Assembly (NCBI GenBank): GCA_964016885.1
Contig: OZ024744.1
Span: 74,648,001 to 74,712,000, forward strand
DNA from: Eledone cirrhosa
Lineage: Eukaryota
DNA: 64,000 nucleotides
Direction of reading: 5' to 3'
Positions 53,555-64,000 of this stretch are shown piece by piece. The position numbers and the translations under genes are program-made. Position 1 is the stretch's first letter. The number at the start of each line of letters is the position of its first letter. The notes under the pieces were generated by a model. That model worked only from the letters and a program-made list of their open reading frames with translations, ran no database searches and was not told where the DNA came from.

Positions 53555-53760
53555 ATTTCTACTATAGGCACAAGGCCAGCAATTTTGTGGGGGAAGGGAA
53601 GTGATTAAATCGACCCTAGTGCGTTACTGGTACTTTATTTCATTGACGCCGTAAGGATGAAAGGTAAAGCTAATCTTGGCGGGATTTGAACTCAGAACAT
53701 AAAGGACCATAACTCTATGTCGTAAAGCATATTGTCCGACGCTCTAGCGATACTGCCAAT
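53555..53760 (-). mobile_element. Main-family SINE
   Basis: Reverse-complement consensus match. Confidence 0.88.
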
Positions 53761-54129
53761 GATGCTGACAATAAACAAAATTCACAGTAATGGTTATGAA
53801 TTGTGTATGAAACAGACGGCCTAAAAAGACAACTATTTAGGTCTGAAAAAGAATTATTTCCATGAAATAATTATTGATAAATTGACAGATCATTTCAAGA
53901 AACACATATTTTGATCACGTCGAATGAATTTCATCAATATGTTATGAAAGCTGGTCAATCATATCGAAGATAATGCTTCGAACGTTGTCAATATACTAAT
54001 ATGAGATAAAACTGACGCACGAGTTTAGGTGAGACAAAGAAGTACGCCGTCCTTGTCTACGCAACAAAAATCGATCTCATAAAGGAACGATCGACTTTCG
54101 TCAAATCGGACCGAGAAAACAATGTTCCC

Positions 54130-54300
54130 ATTGGTCTTTCCAATTGCTAATACTATCTATCGGTCGCAACTCCCTGTAAAAGGAGCAACGTGAAATAAAG
54201 TGTCTTGCTCAAGGACATAACGTATCGCCCGGTCCAGAATTCGAACTCACAACCTCACGATTGCGAATCCAATTCTCTAACCAGTCAGCCACATACCTTC
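54130..54300 (-). mobile_element. tRNA-headed SINE (second family)
   Basis: Minus strand gtggctgactggttagag (A box), gagttcgaattc (B box), gtccttgagcaagacacttta. Confidence 0.8.
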
Positions 54301-54359
54301 AGATGATAAGGTATAATTCAATGTCGTATGATTAATATTCCTGCTACAGAAAGAAAAGA

Positions 54360-54575
54360 ATTACTTTTTTTTAATTGCGGCACAAGGCTAACAACTTTGA
54401 TGGGAGGGGAACGTCGATTATAAAGATACCAGTACCTTTTTGGGAGTTTATTTTATGGACCTCGAAAGATGGAAGCCAAAGTTGATCTCGGTGGCATTTC
54501 AACTCAGACTACAAAGATCCGGAACAAATACTGCTAAGCATTTATTCGAAGCTCAAATAACTCAGCCATCAAACA
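54360..54575 (-). mobile_element. Old diverged main-family SINE
   Basis: ggcacaaggc...ttattttatggacctcgaaagatggaagccaaagttgatctcgg...aactcaga. Confidence 0.75.
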
Positions 54576-55016
54576 GCGATAATAATGATATTTCTGCATT
54601 TTAGTCAAATTATACATGAAACAATAATTCTAAAGCTACTCGTAGTGAAATGTCATATAACATTATTTCGTACACTGATGTGTACAGAGAAGCTGATATT
54701 CAGTAATATTATCAACATCTTAAAGTAAGCTTCACCAATAAGGTAAACGACTAAAACTTGACATATTTCTCAGACGAATTATTTCCAACACGCTGTAACG
54801 ACGGCCATATTAATAATATATGCAACGCTTCAGGAATTTCATATATTGCCAACCAGTAACTCTATAGACACAAACACACACACACACACACACACACACA
54901 GGCACACACATACACACACACATAGACACAAACACACATAGACACACACATACAGACATACGCATATATATATATGTGTGTGTGCATATATATATACATG
55001 TATATATATATATATA

Positions 55017-55292
55017 GAAACAAGTAGGACCCCGACGGCTGAGCTCAAGCCGTTTCGACAGCTAATTCTGAACTCATCCAGAATTAGCCGTCGAAACGGC
55101 TTGAGCTCAACCGTCGGGGTCTTACTTGTTACTACTCTCCTACCCTAAGTATTGAGTACTTTGGTTCGTTATGGTCCATCTGATTCCTTACCACATTTCC
55201 TTCGTAATATATATATATATATATATACTTATTTATATAGGATCTAGCGCTGTCGAAACGGCCGGAGCTCAGTTGTCGGGGTCCTGACTCTT
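55017..55292. mobile_element. Family C fold-back element plus an extra fragment (55240-55292)
   Basis: 55019-55070 mirrors 55079-55130; helix III ACGGCT/AGCCGT with GUC. Confidence 0.88.
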
Positions 55293-55299
55293 TTCATAC

Positions 55300-55403
<104 letters not shown>

Positions 55404-55726
55404 ATATCGATTATATTGGTACATATAGGGTCAGGAGTAGTAGTATAGTTTTTAACGGGGAGAGGAATGGCCGAGTGTACTTTTCTCAGTCGTTACAGAG
55501 TAGAAGATGAAGTCATGGTAATAGAGCGAAAACCAGACTTTGGAGAATTAGTAGTAATGTACAAATTTAAATTGAAGGCATTAAAGAGACTTCTGACACA
55601 GCTAAAGATTATCGCTATTCTTTATCAGTCTAGCCATGTGTTATATTTGAGCTGAAGAACTTGTCGAGACCTAGTAAGAGCAATTTGACTGAAAATACAT
55701 TTTTGATAGTTAGTTTCTGCGACCGT

Positions 55727-55944
55727 TTAACACTTTAGTGTTCAAACCGGCCAGTATTCTCTACCTCTTTCTGTTGACAGTGGCTGTAACTGGTCGCTCA
55801 AACTGATATTAAGGTATTGTTCTCAAAATAAATACTTGCAAAATCTCATAGATTCGATATTATGTGAGATAATTATGTGAAGTAAAGCCTTTACCATGAA
55901 AATATAATAGTATATATAGAGTAATGTAAATGCTAATGGGATAT
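55727..55944. mobile_element. Probable piggyBac-type MITE
   Basis: TTAA followed by cactttagtgttca on the left and taaatgctaatggg on the right form imperfect terminal inverted repeats; the right TTAA is degraded. Confidence 0.45.
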
Positions 55945-56289
55945 TGGTGACTCCAGTTTCATATAGAAATTACGTAAGACGACGGCTGTAGATTGATGAC
56001 GTTCATCACCCTCATATCAACAATCGGTACTGGTTGATTGATGTTTTACAGAGAATGCTGGAGAATGGATTTGTATGACGTGTTTGAAATTATTTTATGA
56101 CTTGTGCAATATGTGTAGGTTTGTTTGATTGTATGAGTATGGTCAGCGTTTGCTTGAGATATTGGATAGTTTGTGTAGATTTATTTCCATCCTAGTTAAG
56201 GCGATTCATGGTATTATTTATACGTACGTACATACATACAAGCAAACCTACCCCCCCCCCCCCACTATATATATATATATATATATATG

Positions 56290-56426
56290 CGTCCAGAATT
56301 AGCCGTCGAAATGGCTTTAGCTCAGCCGTCGGGGTCCTACTCGTTCCTACTACCCACTCTACTACCCTAAGTATTGAGTACTTTGGTGCGTTATGGTTCA
56401 TCTGGTTCCTTACTACATTTCCTTCG

Positions 56427-56428
<2 letters not shown>
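56290..56428 (+). mobile_element. Family C element
   Basis: gtccagaattagccgtcgaaatggctttagctcagccgtcgggg...ccttcgt followed by (TA)n. Confidence 0.85.
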
Positions 56429-56469
<41 letters not shown>

Positions 56470-56579
56470 TAACAACTAGTTACTAATTATCACTCTACAT
56501 GGTTCAATGCAATCTGAATGTAATCTGAGTTTTTTTTATATGAATAATAATATTCAATGTGTGTGTGTATACGTATATA

Positions 56580-56623
<44 letters not shown>

Positions 56624-56825
56624 CTGTGTGTGTGTGTATATATATATACATACAACAGGTTCTTATATTTACGTCTCACTGAGACCGCGTTAAGATGTGC
56701 CAATATCCATATTTTACCACAGTTTATATTAGTAAGGAAGCGTCTGTTGATGGAGTATTGATATCTTGTATCTTTTATACGAATTCTGTCGTAATTATGA
56801 TGTGGATAAATCAGTTTAAAATAAT

Positions 56826-57009
56826 TGTTTCTACTTTTGGTACAAGGCCAGCAATTACCCAGTGTACTTTATTTTATAGACTCCCGTAAGGATGAAAGGC
56901 AAAATTAACCTCAGCGGGATTTGAACTCAGAATGACAAGGGCCGTAACTCTATGCGTCAAAGCATGGCATCCGACCCTCTGCCGATACTGCCAATCCACC
57001 GCCTTTAGA
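56826..57009 (-). mobile_element. Main-family SINE with 13-bp TSD
   Basis: AGTTTAAAATAAT at 56813-56825 and 57010-57022. Confidence 0.9.
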
Positions 57010-57175
57010 AGTTTAAAATAATAACAGTGAATCTATATGCATATTTATTATGTACAACGTTTTGTATTTCGGTTGATATACGACATTAAATATGTGTATT
57101 TGTTATTTACATATGGACACAGACACACATACACACACACACGAAAACACACAGACACAGACACACATACATACG

Positions 57176-57250
<75 letters not shown>

Positions 57251-57252
<2 letters not shown>

Positions 57253-57388
57253 AAAAGAGTCAGGAACGCGACGGCTGAGCTGCGGCCGTTTCGATAGCTA
57301 GATCCGTACTCACCCTACTACCTTAAGTATCGAGTACTCTGGTGCGTTATGGTCCACCTGCTTCCTTACCAAAACTTTCTTTGTTTTT
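57251..57388. mobile_element. Family C element (rearranged)
   Basis: gacggctgagctgcggccgtttcgatagctagatcc (minus arm) joined to ctaccttaagtatcgagtactctggtgcgttatgg. Confidence 0.8.
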
Positions 57389-58606
57389 TATATATATATA
57401 TATATATATTTGATAACATATGTACGAGACAATGTAATGGACACAACAAATCTTTTGAATGCTGTGGCTGTGCATTGTGATATTCCAATGACAAAAACTA
57501 CCATAAGAATAGCATTAAAAAAACAACAACATAATATTACATAGAAGTAACTAAACCAAGTCAAACATTTTGTTCTTTGCTCCAGTATTTCTTCCTATAA
57601 ACTGCCCTATGTGTGTTTACTATTACTTCTAATATATATTTATGATTTTTTTCTTCTCTACGTATTAAAACGCCATTGAATGCATAATTTTCAGATTTTA
57701 TCTCTCGATAGACAAATGTATGAATTCTTTACAAAAGTTTCCCTCCATATGAAATAATAGACACATACTCATAAACAGGATAAACATACACATACAAACA
57801 CACACGCACGCATATGCACAGACGCACACAGATATACACACATATACACACATAAGCGCGCCTCACAATGCATTGATACATTTATTTATACGCTCACATA
57901 CACACATATATACATAAATATATATATACATACAAACATATATACATACATACATACATACATACAAACATACATAAACACATACATACACATATATACA
58001 CAAATATACACTTGTGTTTGCCTCTCTCTCTCTCTCTGTGCGACTTTGTTTGAGCTCCTGTGTAAATATCTACATACGTGTATGTGTATATTAACGAACA
58101 AGGAAATGAGAGGAAGGCGTAGGAGAGTCAAATGCGTACATAATAAAAAATAAAGGAAAGGAAGCGCTGTGACAAAATTACGAAACACAAAAGAAAATTT
58201 TAAAAATATTAAATATTTTCAGATCTTTCTAGTATAGAATTGACTTATCTCGAGTGAGGTGCATCGCGTAGGTTAAAAAAAAAAAAGATAAAATGCAGAG
58301 AAAAATCTCAGTGTAATATAAAGATGAAAAATAAATATCCGAAAATTTCCGCAAACAGACAGACACACATATACACATACATACATACATACATACATAC
58401 ATACATACATACATACATACATACATACATACATACATACATACATACATACATACGCACACACACATAGACACACACACACATAAACACACACAGCTAT
58501 ATAATATCTATGGGTATACTTGTGTATGTATATAAAGATATGAATATAAATATAAATACAAATATAAATATAAATATATATATTTATATACATATATGTA
58601 TATATT

Positions 58607-58696
<90 letters not shown>

Positions 58697-58733
58697 CATA
58701 TATACATATGTACATATGTATATTTATACAAGT

Positions 58734-58774
<41 letters not shown>

Positions 58775-59646
58775 TGTGTGTGTCTGTGTGTTTGTGAGTG
58801 TGTGTTTCTGTGTGAGTGTGTGTATTTATAAGTATCAAATATAAATATATACAAATAGAAATAGTGAGGGAGAGAAAAAGAGAGAGAGATAAAAAAAAAA
58901 GAATACATGCAGACACACGCATATATATATAATATATATAATATATATACGAGTAAAATTATTCATGTGAAACCAACGTTGGAGGCACAGGTCAAATTTG
59001 ATTAAGGAAAGTTCGTGGTGGTTGAATAATAAAATCATTGTAGCAGAAACATTTGGTAAATCAAACATTGTATATTAGAGGAGGATTTTTCATGCTGTGA
59101 TGAATATTCTGATTCTAGAAATTTGGGAAAGGGTGGTGTGCAAGGGGAATAACTAAATAGAAGAATTCTCGCAAATGCTACTTTCTATGGGAAACAAGCA
59201 ATACATAAATAAATAAATATATAAATAAATAAATTGAATGAAAGAAGAAAAATGAAAAGAAGCAAATTCTATGATACGAAAAGAAAGACTAAGGGTGAAA
59301 TAAAGAGAATAAAGTAGAGAAGCAGAAAGAGCGAGGAAAACGATGAAGAAAGACAGGAAGTCATACAGATGGAAGAGAAAGACAGAGAATTGGAAGAAAA
59401 GATTGAGAGTGAGAATTAGAGTTTATGAGAATGACAGAGAGAAGTAAAGGGAAATACAAGGCAAATGAAAACAATTGTTAGAGAGCATTTAAATATCTAA
59501 AGGAGGGATTGCATAGCAAAACTAATAGTCGTGAAGAGAGAGTTTGAGGAGAAACAACCAAACCCAATGTGAGATTAGAAGGAGAAAGTAAGAAATCGTG
59601 TGTTTGTGTGTGTCTTTCTGTGTGCATGTGAGTGTATGTGTATGTA

Positions 59647-59706
<60 letters not shown>

Positions 59707-60694
59707 GGAGAAAGATAGAGTGAGAAAGAGAGAGAGATATAGCATATAAGAAATAGAGATAAGGAAGAGAAAACATTTAAATACATAATACAGTTGAATA
59801 TACCTACGCTGCCTTGATCGCAGATGAATTTACGCGTATATGCTTCGGTTGTTATTGTAAATTGTAAAATCTAAAATACTCCCTCTTTCACTCACTCACT
59901 CTCACTCGCACTCTCTCTTTAACACACATGCAACACATAAAGATAAACATACATAAACACACCCATACATGCATACAAAATATAAAACAACACAGGATAA
60001 TATAAATATTTATACAAACAGCAATTCGGAAAGTTAATTCATTTATATGTATGCATTATTCATTTATAGACATATTGTATATATATTACATCATTACACA
60101 CAATATTAAGAATAAACTAATTATATAATTGAATATGACTCCGCGTATATTTATATCTATACACTTATAGATACTCACTCATATATACATACACTTCATC
60201 TTAGCGACTCAGTTTCCTCCAGAGCTTCAATCTCTCCAGTCAGCTGGACCACTGTCACCTCATGTAAACGAATGGTGACTCTTACATCCCATGTTACAAT
60301 TCCTAACCTTGTGCCTCCACAGATTATAGAGGCTTTACGCTTAGTTGGTTTCAAATATTGTCTGTAGATTGGGAAGTCTTCGTATTGTGCAGTTTGCTAC
60401 GTAGGCACAGAACAGCCTTCAGATTACATGGTTAAGCATATTCATTCTCATCCATTTTATTACTTATGTCATGGTGACGGACAAAACAGAATTTCAAAAA
60501 TTTACAGATTGTTTCCGATAGGTTGTGATTGTCAGTATAAAGACGTTGTACGGCTAAATATTAAGATGTTGACAAATATCCCGCTTGGACAAGATCGTTT
60601 ATCCTAGTCTTCCAAACACTATAGATTCTCTTTAAACTTGTTTTATTTCAGAATGTATGAGTGTACTTATTTCCTTGCTAGGTGACATTATTTT

Positions 60695-61108
60695 GACGGT
60701 GGATTGGCAGTATCGGTAGAGGGTCGGGCGCCATGCTTTGAAGCATAGAGTTACCTCCCTTTATGATCTGAGTTCAAATCCTGCCGAGGTTAACTTTGCC
60801 TTTCATCCTTACGGGGTCGATAAAATAAAGTACCAGTAATGCACTGGGATAATTGCTGGCCTTGTGCCAAAAGTAGAAATAATTATTTTGACGTGGATTG
60901 ACAGTATCAGGAGAGCGTCGAATAGCAGGCTTTGTGGCATAGAGTTACGGCCCTTTGCATTATGTGTACAAATCCCACCGAAGTTGGCTATGCCATTCAT
61001 TCTTACGGGTTCGATAAATAAGCACCAGTAATGACTGGGGTCGATTTAATCGATTTTCTCCTATTCAAATTGCTGGGCTTGTGTCTAAAGTAGAAACAAT
61101 AATTTTGA
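60695..61108 (+). mobile_element. Two main-family SINEs head-to-tail
   Basis: Consensus matches; an attattttgac-like junction recurs three times. Confidence 0.9.
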
Positions 61109-61308
61109 CAACACTTTAAATATATTTGCTGAGAGCATCAGCCAGTGGTATGTCTTTATTAAAGTCTTTCAAATTCTTCATGACAACTCTTGTTGATGAA
61201 AAATGTTGGGTGTCAGCAGCCAATCTTGTTTAAAATTCCTGGTTACATCAAACTCATCAAACCAGACAAATATTGAAAGTGCAAGAGAATGTGTGTGTAT
61301 ATATATAT

Positions 61309-61376
<68 letters not shown>

Positions 61377-61380
<4 letters not shown>

Positions 61381-61498
61381 CGTGTCCCAACGACTTTCTT
61401 CAGCCGTTGCTCGCACCAACTGGAGGTATATGGTCTTTAAAGCGAAGAAAAGAAATACCGAGGGTAGTTGGACGATCACTGATGAAGGACCAAATTTA

Positions 61499-61502
<4 letters not shown>
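61377..61502 (+). mobile_element. Family E fragment (inverted partner of 62425-62546)
   Basis: tttacgtgtcccaacga...gatcactgatgaaggaccaa. Confidence 0.8.
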
Positions 61503-61595
<93 letters not shown>

Positions 61596-61639
61596 TATAT
61601 ACATATGCATATGTAAATATATATATATATATATATATA

Positions 61640-62071
61640 CGTTATTCCGGGTTGAATTCTCTAAACCTTTGTCACTTAGTAGAACCTTAAAAAATTTAGC
61701 TTTTAAAGAATCTCCCTTTCCTTTAAATCTATCTATCATGATGACCCCCCCCCCCCCCCCCCACTGATCTTATAGACACCTGTTAGCTTAAGAGAAACTT
61801 AATAATAAGGAGTGGCATGCCATCCTGAACCTGTTTATAGAATTCTTTCTGCCTTTGTTACTCTAAAAATAAAAATAAACTATAGCTTTGTAGAATTAGC
61901 TTTTAATGATTTCCCTATTCTATCAACCAATGACCTACACCCATCCCACTCCCCACCCTCTCCTACCACTTGTAGAGACCTATAAATACCATACTTATTT
62001 TTTGATACCCAGATTCCTGATGATTTCTAAAGAATGAAAGAGTTCTAGCCCTGTAGAATCTCATCTATATT

Positions 62072-62076
<5 letters not shown>
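61640..62076 (+). mobile_element. Family D PLE-like 3' end with hammerhead at 62011-62061
   Basis: Starts with a PGLNS-like codon run (typical PLE endonuclease end). AGATTC-CTGATGA-TTTC taaa GAAT-GAAA-...-GTA-GAATCT. Confidence 0.72.
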
Positions 62077-62160
<84 letters not shown>

Positions 62161-62342
62161 TTACATATGTATATGTATATATATAATATATATATATATA
62201 AATATATATATACATATGTATATATATATATATACTTACATATGCATATGTATATATAAATATTATATATATATATACTTACATATGCATATGTATATAT
62301 ATATATTATATATATATACTTACATATGCATTTGTATATATA

Positions 62343-62424
<82 letters not shown>

Positions 62425-62426
<2 letters not shown>

Positions 62427-62714
62427 GAATAAAGTTGGTCCTTCATCAGTGATCTTCCAACCATCCTCGGTATTTCTTCGCTTTAAAGATTATATACCTC
62501 CGATTGGTTCGAGCAACGGCTAAAGAAATCGTTGGGACACGTAAATAAAGGGAACAGCTAGAGTGTAAACAAACAAAGATGGTGAAGCAACGAAAAGGGA
62601 GGAAGAACGAGTCAAGTCCTAAATTTCTATGAATATAAGTTCGGTGAAATCGTGAACGAGAGGGAATAAAGACCATCAAACCTGGTTGAAATGTGAGCAA
62701 GGAAGGAATTCCGC
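62425..62714 (-). mobile_element. Family E PLE-like 3' end
   Basis: Minus strand LTFQPGL-like end followed by a UTR ending ctgatgaaggaccaa at (TA)n. Confidence 0.6.
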
Positions 62715-63303
62715 AATATATATATATATAAACAGGTAAAAGGATGATTAACACGGATAAGTGATATAATAGGCTTTTATTCCAAGCATTAACATATGTT
62801 TCATCGCTTAATATGCAATCAATTATGTCTTGAAATCGTTATCGTCAATAGTTGATTGGTTATTGTCAAATTAGATTCTAAATACACGAACCAATGCAGT
62901 CTCAAGGCGAATTATCAAAATACTGATCATGGAATCAGCCACTCAATGTTTTTATACCAAATAGCATACACATTAAAAAGAAAAAGAAAATACAATGAGA
63001 GAAAATTGTATATTTCAGGGCTAATAAAAGATTGGAATAATACTTGCGTAAAAACAAAGAAGGGCAGGAAAGCTTTAAAAGGTATATAAAACATGAAAAA
63101 AAAAAATATGGAGCAAGTTAGCAGGTTTTAGATGGGTGTGACTAGAGGTGGTCGGCTTCACCTACAGCTGATTGTTTAACTGTTCCCATACATGGGAGAC
63201 GCTAGCAACACAAATTCAGAAGAATTAATAATACACACTCTAAAGCCTCCTACTACAGTTTCATAGCGTAAGACCAATATCAAACATCTTAACTAACTAA
63301 GGC

Positions 63304-63377
<74 letters not shown>

Positions 63378-63600
63378 CATGGTGCGGACGATATTTGTTC
63401 ACAAGATTGCTGTCTAGGAAGAAGTAACACAGTAGTTTTATTTTTTAAGATATATTTATCAAACTTAGGTCAGTTTGTCTTCATGAGTTGTTCTTTCGAT
63501 TTCACTCGATAAACCCGCCATTGGCTTTGATGACAGCCTCAAGGCGGCCTCGGAACCGGCTACAGGCCTTCGTCAATGTCCCCCGACTTAGGCCCAAACA
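63378..63600 (-). mobile_element. Tc1/mariner (maT/DD37D-like) transposase C-terminal remnant with possible terminal repeat
   Basis: Minus-strand 63600-63502 reads ...TLTKACSRFRGRLEAVIKANGGFIE*. TA-catggtgcgg at 63376 resembles a TIR end. Confidence 0.75.
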
Positions 63601-63862
63601 TTTGCATAAAATTAGCAGTTGAAAATTGCAAAACAAATATCGTCCTCATATCTTTTCCTGAGTCCTGTATTTTCGTTGCTCTGGTGATGCGGCTGGACTG
63701 CCGATCGCTATATTTGATTTGGTAAACTGTCTAAACATATTGTTATTACTCTGGGGTACTTTTCCCCATCCGAATGCTAAAGCTACATACCGAATTTGCA
63801 TTCGTTAGCTTGGCCGCGATCTAAAGCTTCGTTAATGCTGTACTAAAATTTGTATATATATA

Positions 63863-64000
63863 TTTAAATGGAAAAGAATGAAACGAAATTTCATTTCCCA
63901 CTCTTAGTACGGCTGATACTTAAATGTAATTATTATACGTATATACATATATGTATACAGACGTACAGTAGTATGTATATATATATACATACATGCACAC
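63863..64000 (-). repeat. Inverted copy of the 40718-40850 repeat (runs off the window)
   Basis: Direct reverse-complement match. Confidence 0.85.

Noticed and set aside
54230-54295. tRNA-like sequence on the minus strand
   Set aside because: It is a SINE head: A and B boxes are present but it continues into SINE body sequence and the acceptor stem is not intact.
62788-62828. GAAACATATGTT half-hammerhead on the minus strand
   Set aside because: The 5' core is too degraded to call; kept only as a weak candidate.

Overview
AT-rich, microsatellite-dense eukaryotic (animal) DNA made almost entirely of transposable elements. I could not recognise any host exon, so it is probably intronic or intergenic. 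The SINE, LINE and Penelope mix is typical of octopod cephalopods (inference). Main contents: (1) several decayed Penelope-like elements (PLEs; RT and GIY-YIG remnants); (2) a young 2.6-kb non-autonomous LTR element (538-bp LTRs, tRNA-Trp-like PBS, GATT TSD) nested in a PLE; (3) a near full-length Tx1/L1-type LINE (about 22.3-28.0 kb, minus strand) bounded by (GATA)n, plus truncated relatives; (4) an RTE-like RT remnant and a Tc1/mariner transposase tail; (5) more than 20 copies of one tRNA-derived SINE, often in head-to-tail arrays. The most striking signal is a dense set of type I hammerhead-ribozyme motifs from about 8-10 unrelated short sequence families. They are mostly embedded in (TA)n and often arranged as fold-back palindromes with the turning point at the ribozyme. 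They include U3-A8 covariant cores, a family-wide U4A core, a stem II expanded to about 116 nt, and compensatory helix changes between copies. Almost all ORFs in the supplied track after 30 kb are microsatellite artefacts. Boundaries of decayed elements are approximate, and ribozyme folds were read by eye.
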